Below are positions 14,422 to 22,758 of a stretch of 64,000 bases of DNA, in pieces. Within the stretch, counting starts at the first letter, position 1, and every line of letters begins with the position of its first letter. The DNA comes from a virus: IMG/VR virus record IMGVR_UViG_3300018422_000001, positions 1-64,000 of that record, one strand, 5' to 3'. The notes under the pieces are model-generated. The model saw nothing but the letters and a program-made list of their open reading frames with translations. It made no database searches and was not told the DNA's origin. The position numbers and the translations under genes were made by a program.

Positions 14422-14733
14422 TCAACCATTCGAATCGCGCTTCGTCCTCGGTCTGATCGGCGGGAACAACTCGGCTCGCTTTCGCTTGCATGGTTCGATC
14501 GGCGGGAACAACTCAGCTGCATTCGGTTCGTCGTGCACGGTCGGATTTTCGCTTGCAGCGCTCTTTGAGCCACCGAGCCTGAGATAGCGTTCGAGCTTGG
14601 TGCGGGTCCAGCGCATTTGCTTTCCGACGTAGATGGTGCCGCCTGTCTCGCGCATGATGCGTCTCGCTGTATTCAGCGAGACGCGTAGGATCGCAGCAAC
14701 GTCGGCTGGCGTAAGCAGTGGCTCGAGAGGCAT
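14422..14733 (-). CDS. excisionase-family / MerR-like HTH protein
   Basis: MPLEPLLTPADVAAILRVSLNTARRIMRETGGTIYVGKQMRWTRTKLERYL. The internal ATG 14733 was chosen because the upstream part of ORF 14422..15036 is Arg/Cys-rich. The tail has a duplicated AELFPPI(E/R)P. Confidence 0.6.
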   Translation of the reverse strand: MPLEPLLTPADVAAILRVSLNTARRIMRETGGTIYVGKQMRWTRTKLERYLRLGGSKSAASENPTVHDEPNAAELFPPIEPCKRKRAELFPPIRPRTKRDSNG

Positions 14734-15020
14734 GTCGATCGGCTCGATACCGCGAGAGCGCGCGCCCGCAAAATTCTCGACGACCGTGTCTCGACAGGCG
14801 GGCTCGAGACAACCTCGTTGGCAATGCCAACCGACGACAAGTGGAATGCGCCGTGCAAGCCGGATCAATGTTGGGTGTGTGCCGCATGCGGTCGACACGC
14901 GAAGCCCGGGGCGTCGCGCGCCAGCTTGGGCGACACCTCGTGCGTGATGCATGCAGTCTTGTGCTACGCGCAACGGAACGGCGAGACGTGGCGAGCAGTG
15001 CAACCCAACTAGGAGCCAGC

Positions 15021-15233
15021 ATGCCCGACGCAACACTGCTTTGCGAGCACCACTGGAGCCGACACAGGTACGAGCCCGAGCTTGAGCGAGAGATGCGCTA
15101 CTGCATGCGTTGCGGTCGATGCCAGCAACGAGAGGGCCACGGCTGCAACCGCTTTGCGAAGTGGCGCAACAACCGACTGCGCGCGGGCAGGCATATCAAG
15201 CTGTTCAGCTACGTCGTCGACGAAGCGGATTGA
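15021..15233 (+). CDS. small Cys/His-rich protein (70 aa)
   Basis: AGGAG 5 nt before ATG 15021. CEHHW...CMRCGRCQQREGHGC. Confidence 0.5.
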   Translation: MPDATLLCEHHWSRHRYEPELEREMRYCMRCGRCQQREGHGCNRFAKWRNNRLRAGRHIKLFSYVVDEAD

Positions 15234-15237
15234 TCCG

Positions 15238-15390
15238 TCATCGTACGTGCCGATTCGCATGAGCCAGCATCGCTTCCCAAGCGATCGGCTGCAGCTCGGG
15301 AACATGTGCGAGGCTCGCTCGAGTGCGTCTAGCTAGCTCGACGTCTGCGCGAAACCGGATCCGTTGGTCGAGCTTCGAGTCGTACGACAT
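15238..15390 (-). CDS. small RHH-like protein (50 aa), below ORF-track cutoff
   Basis: GAGGAA before ATG 15390. MSYDSKLDQRIRFRADVELARRTRASLA. Confidence 0.4.
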   Translation of the reverse strand: MSYDSKLDQRIRFRADVELARRTRASLAHVPELQPIAWEAMLAHANRHVR

Positions 15391-15443
15391 GCGAAAGAGT
15401 TCCTCGCTCGCTCGCGACTCGACCGGCGTTGCATCGAGGTCAC

Positions 15444-15761
15444 TCACGACGCGTCGGCTCGTTGCTCGAAGAGATTGCGCGCGATCACCTCGTCGTCGTC
15501 GGTAAGCGAAACGTACTCTTCGCCAAGCGCTCGCACGACGAAGAATGTTCCGACGAGCCCGGCTCGATTCGGCTGCAGCCCGATCAACCGACCCTCTTCG
15601 TTGCAGATCACGAAGAGCCAATGACGCGCGAGAACCGGAACATGCACTTGCTCGATGTAGCCGCCGACGATCCGCTGCATGTCTTTCAACTCGTTGTCGA
15701 TCTCGATCATCTCGCCGGGCTTGCCGGGCTCGTAGACGAGAATCCTGATCCGTTCGCTCAC
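15444..15761 (-). CDS. DUF3846-like protein
   Basis: ORF track. VYEPGKPGEMIEIDNELKDMQRIVGGYIE...ICNEEGRLIGLQPNR pattern, recalled from DUF3846 family members. Confidence 0.5.
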   Translation of the reverse strand: MSERIRILVYEPGKPGEMIEIDNELKDMQRIVGGYIEQVHVPVLARHWLFVICNEEGRLIGLQPNRAGLVGTFFVVRALGEEYVSLTDDDEVIARNLFEQRADAS

Positions 15762-16024
15762 TCGCTGGCCTCGTATGCGAACCGCGAGTCAACCCGAGAT
15801 GTGATGCCGAGGAATCGATCGCCAAGCTCTGCGGCCAATCCGAGTGCGCGCTCTCGACTGCAGAACTTCGACACGCAGAGCTGTTGATCTTCGTCGAGGT
15901 AATGCACGTCGTACGGTAGCGACTGCGTGAGTCGACGAAGCGAATTGAACGCGACGTTCCCCGCGTGTTTTCGCGCGGCGTCAGGATTGGTAAACTTGGG
16001 GGCCATCGGTCGCCAGTCCCGCAT
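15758..16024 (-). CDS. small hypothetical protein (alt start 16006)
   Basis: ORF track. GTGA overlap with the downstream gene. Confidence 0.45.
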   Translation of the reverse strand: MRDWRPMAPKFTNPDAARKHAGNVAFNSLRRLTQSLPYDVHYLDEDQQLCVSKFCSRERALGLAAELGDRFLGITSRVDSRFAYEASE

Positions 16025-16051
16025 ACGGGCCGTGTTGTCAAGAGTCGACCG

Positions 16052-16648
16052 ATGGTCGAGGATTCACCCTCGACCGAATCGAGTCAGCTAATGGGCGAGC
16101 AACACGAGCTGTTCCCTGGTCACGTGCAACCGCAGGCTCCAAGAGCCGAGCCCGCGCCAGCCGGGCCGCAGGTAGCGGTGCCCTCTCGCCCGCGCCTCTC
16201 GAGGGCTGCAGGGCCCGCGGTTGAGCCGCCTGAGAGCACGGAGCGGGTCTTCGACGTCGTAGCCGCAAGCGAGGGCCGTGGCCCGTGGTCGACACGCACG
16301 AGGGCCTCGACTGCGGCCTATCACGCGAAGGCGATCGCGGCCGAGCCCGCGCCGGTGTGCATGGTCTCGGTGCAGATCACTCGCGGCTCGCCCGAGCCAC
16401 TGCCCGAGCGGGTCGAGTCGCTGCAGGCCGCGCTTACGAAAGCCAAGCAAACGATCACCGAGCTACGCGCGCGCATCGTGCGCGCCGATACGGTGGCCGA
16501 AATGTGGCGGTCGGCATCGGATCCGGAAAATCTCGAGCGACGAAAATGCGGGCTCGCGATCCGTCGGATCCTGCAGGTCGACGGCGATGCGAGTCTCAAG
16601 ACGGCACTCGCAGAGCTGCAAGCTCTGATCGGAAAGGGTGAGCCATGA
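16052..16648 (+). CDS. hypothetical protein, Pro/Ala-rich N-terminus, coiled C-terminus
   Basis: In-frame ATG 16052 of ORF 15965..16648. Divergent from the minus-strand operon. Confidence 0.45.
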   Translation: MVEDSPSTESSQLMGEQHELFPGHVQPQAPRAEPAPAGPQVAVPSRPRLSRAAGPAVEPPESTERVFDVVAASEGRGPWSTRTRASTAAYHAKAIAAEPAPVCMVSVQITRGSPEPLPERVESLQAALTKAKQTITELRARIVRADTVAEMWRSASDPENLERRKCGLAIRRILQVDGDASLKTALAELQALIGKGEP

Positions 16649-16920
16649 CAGAGCCGACGACGACTGATTTTCGGCTGGCGAAACGCCGCGAAGCTCTCGA
16701 GGTGTTCCAAGCCGAGCCGCAGCGTGAGCTGACGTGCACGGAACTCGCGAAAGCGATCCGGTGCTCGAGGTCGATCGCAACCCAGACGTTGCGATCGCTC
16801 GAGACCGCTCTCACGATCACGAGCCGACTCGTCGTGAGCCCTCATCGCGGCGGGCTCGGCCGACGGCGGCGGTTCTACCGCCTGCATCGGCGAGTCGCGG
16901 CAGCCCCGCGACTCGCCTAG
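16645..16920 (+). CDS. winged-helix (MarR-like) DNA-binding protein
   Basis: ATGA-coupled. ELTCTELAKAIRCSRSIATQTLRSLE. Confidence 0.5.
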   Translation: MTEPTTTDFRLAKRREALEVFQAEPQRELTCTELAKAIRCSRSIATQTLRSLETALTITSRLVVSPHRGGLGRRRRFYRLHRRVAAAPRLA

Positions 16921-16923
16921 CTC

Positions 16924-17100
16924 TCAGGCAGGCGCGTTCCACTCTGCGAGGCAGAGCCGCTCGTTGCCGTAGGCTTTCATGGCTGCGAAGACGAGCCAAT
17001 CGCGCTCCGAGGTTAGATGGCCGGGCAGGCAATCGAGGCAATCGAGGCTCGGTTGCCGCATCGCGTGCAGGGTCCTGTCGAGTAGTTCTAAGAGAGACAT
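16924..17100 (-). CDS. small early protein (58 aa, MSLLELLDRTLHAMRQ...), below ORF-track cutoff
   Basis: Hand translation with no stops. GGAG 8 nt before ATG 17100. Downstream of the minus-strand Box A at 17141. Confidence 0.45.
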   Translation of the reverse strand: MSLLELLDRTLHAMRQPSLDCLDCLPGHLTSERDWLVFAAMKAYGNERLCLAEWNAPA

Positions 17101-17140
17101 TCGGTGTGCTCCGGGCCGGGGTTGCGTCTGGCCTCACTCA

Positions 17141-17179
17141 ACACTAGCTCCGGTCTTGAAAAGCGCTAGCGGTATTTCT
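17141..17179 (-). promoter_or_regulatory. Box A promoter/operator copy 14 (minus strand; only copy with a ~45-nt leader)
   Basis: Reverse complement AGAAATACCGCTAGCGCTTTTCAAGACCGGAGCTAGTGT. Confidence 0.55.
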
Positions 17180-17436
17180 CAGGCGCCCGCCGTCCACACG
17201 TGCACTCGCCAATCGTTGCCGTCGACGTCGGTACCCCAATACTCATGATGAGGGCGCTCGGCATCGTGCACGGCGACGTCACCTTCGCACTCGACGAAGA
17301 GAGCGGCGCATACAACGCTCGGATCGAGGCGGCCCGCCTGAGCCATGTCGACGGCATCGATCCAGACAGTCTGTCCGCGCGAGATCGATTCGTTGATTGA
17401 GTGGTCGATGAGCTGAGAGAGGTTATTCGTGGACAT
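17179..17436 (-). CDS. small early protein (85 aa)
   Basis: ORF track. GGAG before ATG 17436. Confidence 0.55.
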   Translation of the reverse strand: MSTNNLSQLIDHSINESISRGQTVWIDAVDMAQAGRLDPSVVCAALFVECEGDVAVHDAERPHHEYWGTDVDGNDWRVHVWTAGA

Positions 17437-17480
17437 GGTTTACTCCAATCGGTGAGGTCGGTTCGGTTGCCGGGATCTGG

Positions 17481-17717
17481 TTACGCCTGCTCGCGAGAGG
17501 CGAGCCATGCTCGACCGGTCTCGGTTGCGCGCGCGTGATTGGCGTTTCGAGTCGCGAAGCCGATGCTCACGAGGTGCTCGATCGCGTTCCACCATCGCGC
17601 GGCATCGGGGCCCGCCATGCGGTAGCCGCTCGGTGTCAGCGATCCGTCCGCTGTAGCCGCCTCGGTGAGCACGACGACGCGGTAGGCGGTCAACTTGATT
17701 GGTTTCTGCGATGCCAT
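17481..17717 (-). CDS. small early protein (78 aa)
   Basis: ORF track. ATG 17717 lies 6 nt after the TAGAGT of minus-strand Box A. Confidence 0.6.
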   Translation of the reverse strand: MASQKPIKLTAYRVVVLTEAATADGSLTPSGYRMAGPDAARWWNAIEHLVSIGFATRNANHARATETGRAWLASREQA

Positions 17718-17723
17718 GATTTG

Positions 17724-17762
17724 ACTCTAGCTCCGGTCTTGAAAAGCGCTAGTGGTATTTCA
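17724..17762 (-). promoter_or_regulatory. Box A promoter/operator copy 15 (minus strand)
   Basis: Reverse complement TGAAATACCACTAGCGCTTTTCAAGACCGGAGCTAGAGT. Confidence 0.6.
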
Positions 17763-17805
17763 CCGAGGCCGAGGGAATCGGATCCGGATCCGCGTGCTCA
17801 TGCCA

Positions 17806-17988
17806 TCAGACCTTGACCGTACACGCGACTGGATACTGCCCGGCAGTCTGCGACATCCAGCGACCCGCGCTGACTTCGTACACGTGCAACCCGCGAAGCA
17901 CGTAGGTGTGTGGCGGCTCGCCCGGGCCGACCGAGAACGTGTTGCGCACTTCCATCCACTGCCCGTTGACTCTGATTTGCTTGCTCAC
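17806..17988 (-). CDS. small early protein (60 aa from GTG 17988)
   Basis: GTG 7 nt after the TAGGCT of Box A copy 16. C-terminal part of ORF 17806..18222. Confidence 0.5.
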   Translation of the reverse strand: MSKQIRVNGQWMEVRNTFSVGPGEPPHTYVLRGLHVYEVSAGRWMSQTAGQYPVACTVKV

Positions 17989-17995
17989 AACAGAC

Positions 17996-18034
17996 AGCCT
18001 AGCTCGGTCGCTGAAAGATGCAAGCGGTATTTCA
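17996..18034 (-). promoter_or_regulatory. Box A promoter/operator copy 16 (minus strand, diverged)
   Basis: Reverse complement TGAAATACCGCTTGCATCTTTCAGCGACCGAGCTAGGCT. Confidence 0.5.
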
Positions 18035-18220
18035 ACCGCTCTTGAGTGTTGCCTTGTACACGGCGACAGTGACGTAGCCGTCACGGTGGCTCTTTGTGCG
18101 CACGACGCGAGAGCCGTCCGGCTGATAGGCCGTTTCAAAGCAAACTTTCGGCCCGGGCGCGCACACGATGCGCACTGCCGTCGACTTCGCTTCTGCCCAC
18201 TTGAGATCGATGTTCTCCAC
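18032..18220 (-). CDS. small early protein (62 aa)
   Basis: ORF track. GTG 18220 lies 23 nt downstream of the Box B TAGTGT. Confidence 0.55.
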   Translation of the reverse strand: MENIDLKWAEAKSTAVRIVCAPGPKVCFETAYQPDGSRVVRTKSHRDGYVTVAVYKATLKSG

Positions 18221-18236
18221 ACCTCAACCGTAGCTT

Positions 18237-18253
18237 ATCCGGGACACTAGCGC
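18237..18253 (-). promoter_or_regulatory. Box B motif copy 2
   Basis: ATCCGGGACACTAGCGC. Confidence 0.55.
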
Positions 18254-18289
18254 AAGAGGCTCGGCTCGAGAATCGACTGCGCGCCGGGC

Positions 18290-18337
18290 GCAGACGGCAG
18301 ACGGCAGACGGCAGACGGCAGACGGCAGACGGCAGAC
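18290..18337. repeat. 7-bp microsatellite (GCAGACG) x6.9
   Basis: Read directly. Lies between two Box B copies. Confidence 0.95.
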
Positions 18338-18380
18338 TGGATCGCGTATCCGCGGAAGACTAGATAAGCGCCGGGCCGGT

Positions 18381-18397
18381 ATCCGGGACACTAGCGC
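18381..18397 (-). promoter_or_regulatory. Box B motif copy 3
   Basis: ATCCGGGACACTAGCGC. Confidence 0.5.
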
Positions 18398-18425
18398 CGG
18401 TTTCCCTAGGCGCTGTCGCAAGTTA

Positions 18426-18464
18426 TGAAATACCGCAAGCGCTTTTCAGAGGCGGAGCTAGTCT
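18426..18464 (+). promoter_or_regulatory. Box A promoter/operator copy 17
   Basis: TGAAATACCGCAAGCGCTTTTCAGAGGCGGAGCTAGTCT. 7 nt before GTG 18472. Confidence 0.55.
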
Positions 18465-18471
18465 GTGGTTT

Positions 18472-19407
18472 GTGAGCACCACGATGAAAACGCTTCGGTT
18501 CGGGATTGAGATTGAAACGGTCGGCGCGTCGCGCCCGACGATCGCTGCGGCGATTGCCACGGTACTCGGCGGCAACTACAACGGCGGCGAGACGGCGACC
18601 GACTCGCTCGGTCGCACATGGAAGGTTGTGCCCGATGGCAGCCTCGCAGGCGGATACGACCGTAGCGGCGAGATTGTCTCGCCGATCCTCACCTACGCCG
18701 ACCTCGACACGCTGCAGGCGATTGTGCGTGCAGTGCGTGCGGCGGGCGCGCGGGTCGATAGCTCATGCGGCATTCACGTACACATCGACAGCTCGACGTT
18801 TACGGCAAAGAGCGTCGTCAACCTCGTCAAGACAGTGCACAAGCAAGAGCGCTTGATCGAGCACGCCTTGCGCATCGCGCCGAGTCGACTCGAGCGCTAC
18901 TGCCGCCCGATCGATGCCGATTTCATGGCTCGCCTCGAGTCGACCACGGTTCGCACGATGGCCGATGTGTCGAATGCTTGGTACGGCTACAGCAACTCTT
19001 CGCCGAACCGCTACGACAGCTCGCGTTACCATGGCCTCAACCTCAACTCTCACTTTTTTCGCGGAACCGTTGAGTTTCGCTACTTCTCGGGCTCGTTGCA
19101 TGCTGGCGAGGTCAAGGCGTATGTGCAGTTTGCGCTCGCACTCGCGGCCCGCTCGCTCACGATGAAGGCTGCTTCGAGCAAGCGCCGCGAATTCAACGTC
19201 GATACCGCGAAATACGACTTTCGCGTACTCATGATCAAGCTCGGCCTGATCGGCGACGAGTTCAAAACGTGCCGCCTCCATCTCTCGAAGCATCTCGAGG
19301 GTACGAGCGCGACGAAGCGAGCGGTCGTCGCGACGGCGGCGGTTGCCGCAACGGAGACCGCTGCAGCCGTCGAGACGGCCGACAACGGGGCAGCCGATGG
19401 CGAGTAA
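18472..19407 (+). CDS. amidoligase-family enzyme (Amidoligase_2 / glutamine-synthetase-like COOH-NH2 ligase)
   Basis: [28 protein letters not shown] and [11 protein letters not shown] motifs typical of the putative amidoligase family. Confidence 0.75.
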   Translation: MSTTMKTLRFGIEIETVGASRPTIAAAIATVLGGNYNGGETATDSLGRTWKVVPDGSLAGGYDRSGEIVSPILTYADLDTLQAIVRAVRAAGARVDSSCGIHVHIDSSTFTAKSVVNLVKTVHKQERLIEHALRIAPSRLERYCRPIDADFMARLESTTVRTMADVSNAWYGYSNSSPNRYDSSRYHGLNLNSHFFRGTVEFRYFSGSLHAGEVKAYVQFALALAARSLTMKAASSKRREFNVDTAKYDFRVLMIKLGLIGDEFKTCRLHLSKHLEGTSATKRAVVATAAVAATETAAAVETADNGAADGE

Positions 19408-19897
19408 GCCCCGCGGCAAGCGGCCGACAGCGGCCCGCACAAGCGCTCGAGAGGCCCTCTACTTCGCATACGGCTCGAACCTGAGCCCGGCGCAGATGCA
19501 GGCGCGATGTCCAGGCGCCTTGATCGAGGCCCGCGCGACTCTCAGCGACTACGCGATCGCATTCGGCGGATTCAGTGCGAGATGGGGCGGCGGTGTCGCA
19601 AGTCTCGTACGAGTGCGAGGCGCCTGCACAGAGGGCCTGATCTACCGAATCGACAGAGACCTCATGAGTCGACTGGATCAGTACGAGGGTGTTCCCCGCG
19701 CATACGTGCGCATCGCGAAAGAGGTGCTTGACGAGCATGGACGGCGGCGTCGAGCGCAAGTGTATCTGCAGACGGACGCGTCGTTCGAATCCGAGAACCT
19801 GCCCTCTGCGAGGTACCTCGCTCAGATCCTCGCCGCCTACGATCGCCTGGGTTTCGACACCGATCCGCTACGTGCCGCAGTTGGAGGTTTTCAGTGA
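19397..19897 (+). CDS. gamma-glutamylcyclotransferase-like (AIG2/GGCT fold) protein 1
   Basis: [19 protein letters not shown] near the N-terminus, YEGVP motif. Start ATG 19397 overlaps the amidoligase end by 11 nt. Confidence 0.65.
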   Translation: MASKPRGKRPTAARTSAREALYFAYGSNLSPAQMQARCPGALIEARATLSDYAIAFGGFSARWGGGVASLVRVRGACTEGLIYRIDRDLMSRLDQYEGVPRAYVRIAKEVLDEHGRRRRAQVYLQTDASFESENLPSARYLAQILAAYDRLGFDTDPLRAAVGGFQ

Positions 19898-20259
19898 CCA
19901 TCGTGTTTGTGTACGGCTCATTACTTGCAGGGCAGGGCAACAACCGGTTGCTTCGTACGGCCCGATTCGTCGGGCCCGGGCGGACGGCACCCGAGTACAC
20001 GATGCTTTCGCTAGGCGGGTTTCCAGGCGTCGTGAGCGGCGGCAGTACCCCGATCGAGGGCGAGTGCTACGAGGTCGACGGCCCGACGCTCGAGGCACTA
20101 GACAGGCTCGAGGGGCACCCAAGCTTCTACCGTCGCACGGCGATTGTGCTAGAGGACAAGTTGTCGGTTGAATTCTACTTGCTCAATACCGAGCACGTGC
20201 GAGAGCTGCCGATCGTGGTTTCGGGATCCTGGTTGAAGTACCGGCAGGGGCAAAGATGA
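19894..20259 (+). CDS. gamma-glutamylcyclotransferase-like (AIG2/GGACT) protein 2
   Basis: [50 protein letters not shown]-coupled. Confidence 0.7.
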   Translation: MTIVFVYGSLLAGQGNNRLLRTARFVGPGRTAPEYTMLSLGGFPGVVSGGSTPIEGECYEVDGPTLEALDRLEGHPSFYRRTAIVLEDKLSVEFYLLNTEHVRELPIVVSGSWLKYRQGQR

Positions 20260-20501
20260 GAATCGAGATTCGAGATGGTCGCGTGTTGCAGGGGACGGCG
20301 TTGCAGATCGTAAAGGCGATGCAGGACCTCGCATTCGGCGTGCAAGATTTCACGGTCGCGCAATACGTCGCTTGGGTCGTCGACAACTCGCTACGCATCG
20401 AAGAGCTAGTGCTCGACGTCAAGGGCGAGACCGACGACGAGCTTGCGCAGTCGCTCGTTGCCGAGATGCTCGGCAAGAATCTCGCGCGAAAGCTCGACTG
20501 A
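20256..20501 (+). CDS. small hypothetical protein (81 aa)
   Basis: ORF track. ATGA-coupled to GGCT-2. Confidence 0.5.
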   Translation: MRIEIRDGRVLQGTALQIVKAMQDLAFGVQDFTVAQYVAWVVDNSLRIEELVLDVKGETDDELAQSLVAEMLGKNLARKLD

Positions 20502-20541
20502 GACATGGCAACGAAGCCCGCCTCGATCGAATACGGTTGGG

Positions 20542-21027
20542 GTGCGGCGGCGAAACACAGTCGATGATTTTTGGCGGAACGTCGATCGCTCAGGCGGGCC
20601 GGATGCTTGTTGGCCATGGAAGGGTGCGCCCGACTCCGATGGCTACGGGCGAATGATGGTCGATGGGAAGCAATACAAGGCGCATCGGTTCGCATACGGC
20701 GTGACAAATGGATTCGTGCCGCCGAGTGTTCTGATCCGTCACTCGTGCGACAACCCGCCGTGTTGCAACCCGGGTCACTTGTTGACAGGCTCGCCTGCAG
20801 ACAACATGCGAGATCGCGACGAGCGCGGACGGCATGTGTCTCGCCCCGGAGAGACTAACGGATCGTCCAAGTTGCTCGATGCGCAAGCCGCAGAAATACG
20901 CGCGCGGTTTTTGCGCGGCGAGTCGGCTGCCTCAATCGCGAGAGACTTCCCGCAAGTCACCTACTGTCAGACGAATCGAATCGCGCGCCGCTACAGCAGA
21001 ACGAAGGACAATCAGCGTGGCCAGTAA
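20542..21027 (+). CDS. HNH homing-type endonuclease
   Basis: FWRNVDRSGGPDACWPWKG...YGRMMVDGKQYKAHRFAY...IRHSCDNPPCCNPGHL. GTG 20542 chosen as the first start after the upstream stop. Confidence 0.7.
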   Translation: MRRRNTVDDFWRNVDRSGGPDACWPWKGAPDSDGYGRMMVDGKQYKAHRFAYGVTNGFVPPSVLIRHSCDNPPCCNPGHLLTGSPADNMRDRDERGRHVSRPGETNGSSKLLDAQAAEIRARFLRGESAASIARDFPQVTYCQTNRIARRYSRTKDNQRGQ

Positions 21028-21913
21028 ACAGTTTCGACCGATGCTTGCAGCAACTTTGGAGTCTGTGACTCAGCTGCGATTTCCAGTGCTCGCCTCGCCA
21101 AAACTGGACGGAATTCGTACCGTGATTCGCGACGGCAAGGCTCTGAGCCGGAGCCTCAAGCCGATCCCGAACGAAGCGGTCCGCAAGTTTCTCGAGGGCC
21201 GCCCGGAACTCGAGGGTCTCGACGGTGAGTTGATGGTGCATGGCGCAACGTTTCAAGCGACGACGAGTGCGTTTATGAGCCGCTCGGGCGCGTTGCCTGC
21301 AGGCTGGTATTTCGGCGTGTTCGATGCTCTGCCGATCGTCGAGCGTGAGCCGTACACGCAACGGTTGATCCGCGCGACCGCCGCCGTCGCGAAAGCCGGG
21401 CCTCACATCGTGCTTGTCGAGCAGACCGAGGTTTGCAGCGCGGATCAGCTCGACACCTACGAAGCGAAAGCGCTAGAGCTTGGCTTCGAGGGCGTCATGA
21501 TTCGTCGCGCTGCAGCCTTCTACAAGCACGGGCGCTCGACCGCGACCGACGGCGCCTTGCTCAAGCTCAAGCGCTTTGCCGACGGCGAAGCGACCGTGAT
21601 TGGCTTCGCGGAGCGCATGCACAACGGCAACATTGCGACGACGAGCGCGACCGGTCGCACGCAACGATCGTCTGCGAAAGCAGGCAAGTCGCAGACGGGC
21701 AGTCTCGGCGCGTTGCTCGTGCGTGAGTGCAAGACCGGGATCGAGTTTGAGGTCGGCACGGGTTTCACCGAGGCGCAGCGACAGACGTTCTGGCGTACGC
21801 AAGCCGAGTTGCTCGGTCGCACGATCAAGTACAAGCACTTCGTGATCGGCGCGATGGTCAAGCCGCGGTTCCCGACCTTCATCGGGTTTCGCGCCGCAGA
21901 GGACATGAGCTGA
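21017..21913 (+). CDS. ATP-dependent DNA ligase
   Basis: Nucleotidyl-transferase motif I SPKLDGIRTV. GFEGVMIRR and LLKLK motifs. Start GTG 21017 (or ATG 21041) overlaps the HNH end. Confidence 0.75.
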   Translation: MASKQFRPMLAATLESVTQLRFPVLASPKLDGIRTVIRDGKALSRSLKPIPNEAVRKFLEGRPELEGLDGELMVHGATFQATTSAFMSRSGALPAGWYFGVFDALPIVEREPYTQRLIRATAAVAKAGPHIVLVEQTEVCSADQLDTYEAKALELGFEGVMIRRAAAFYKHGRSTATDGALLKLKRFADGEATVIGFAERMHNGNIATTSATGRTQRSSAKAGKSQTGSLGALLVRECKTGIEFEVGTGFTEAQRQTFWRTQAELLGRTIKYKHFVIGAMVKPRFPTFIGFRAAEDMS

Positions 21914-22023
21914 GAGAGGGCCTCTCGAGCCCCGGCGCCGCCCGCGCCGCTCGAGGGTGCTACGTCGATGAGGTCGCTCGAGGCCCGCACCGCTCAGAGG
22001 CCCGAGAGCGCTCCGGGCTCGGT

Positions 22024-22063
22024 TGAAATACCGCTTGCGTGTTTCAAAGGCTCGCGCTAGAGT
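22024..22063 (+). promoter_or_regulatory. Box A promoter/operator copy 18 (40 nt)
   Basis: TGAAATACCGCTTGCGTGTTTCAAAGGCTCGCGCTAGAGT. 6 nt before GTG 22070. Confidence 0.55.
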
Positions 22064-22069
22064 CTTGGT

Positions 22070-22288
22070 GTGAGCAAGATCATTTTCATCCGGCACTCAT
22101 CAGGCGCAACGCATGCACTCGGCGGCAAGCGACTCGCGAAACTGCTCTCCGAGCTGAAAGCCGGGCGCGGGCAAGTCGAGATGTGCCGCTTGCAGGAAAA
22201 CGGGTACATGGAGACGATGTCGGGTCACTGCATCAGCGATTTGACGTACGAGCTTGCTCTGCGCCTCGCATCCGGCGCAGCCGAGTGA
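22070..22288 (+). CDS. small early protein (72 aa)
   Basis: ORF track. Leaderless-type GTG start. Confidence 0.55.
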   Translation: MSKIIFIRHSSGATHALGGKRLAKLLSELKAGRGQVEMCRLQENGYMETMSGHCISDLTYELALRLASGAAE

Positions 22289-22301
22289 TCCCGGGCGGTT
22301 G

Positions 22302-22340
22302 TGAAATACCGCTTGCGTGTTTCAAAGCGTGAGCTAGGCT
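22302..22340 (+). promoter_or_regulatory. Box A promoter/operator copy 19
   Basis: TGAAATACCGCTTGCGTGTTTCAAAGCGTGAGCTAGGCT. 6 nt before GTG 22347. Confidence 0.55.
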
Positions 22341-22346
22341 CAAGAC

Positions 22347-22442
22347 GTGGACATCAGAGAGCGCGGCACCGGTTGGATTCTTTCACTAGTCGACGTCGTT
22401 TTCGTCGCGATTTTTCGGGTGCCTCTGACCCGCCCGTTTTGA
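22347..22442 (+). CDS. possible 31-aa leaderless micro-ORF (VDIRERGTGWILSLVDVVFVAIFRVPLTRPF)
   Basis: Hand translation. Hydrophobic core. Very short, so uncertain. Confidence 0.3.
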   Translation: MDIRERGTGWILSLVDVVFVAIFRVPLTRPF

Positions 22443-22449
22443 GGCAAGC

Positions 22450-22725
22450 ATGACACCCATCGAGTTTTGGCCCATCGTGCGACGCAAGGGCCGCGCGGGA
22501 TACAGCGCTGCGCACTTCGCGGCGGTTAGCCCGCAAGCCGACAACCCTCTGCTCGTTGCCGAGCGACTCGCGGCCCGCGTGTCGGGCTCGAGTCGTGAGC
22601 GGAACTGGAGCGAGCTTTGCGAGTCTTGGGATTTTCTGATCGCGACGCTCGAGAGGCATTCGGCCGAGCCGCAGATCGCCAAGTTTCTCAAAGCGGCCGT
22701 GAAAGCGAAGAAGAGCGCGACCTGA
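22450..22725 (+). CDS. small hypothetical protein (91 aa)
   Basis: ORF track. Confidence 0.5.
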   Translation: MTPIEFWPIVRRKGRAGYSAAHFAAVSPQADNPLLVAERLAARVSGSSRERNWSELCESWDFLIATLERHSAEPQIAKFLKAAVKAKKSAT

Positions 22726-22758
22726 GCCGGGGGAAACCCGAGAGGTCCCGAGTGGTTA

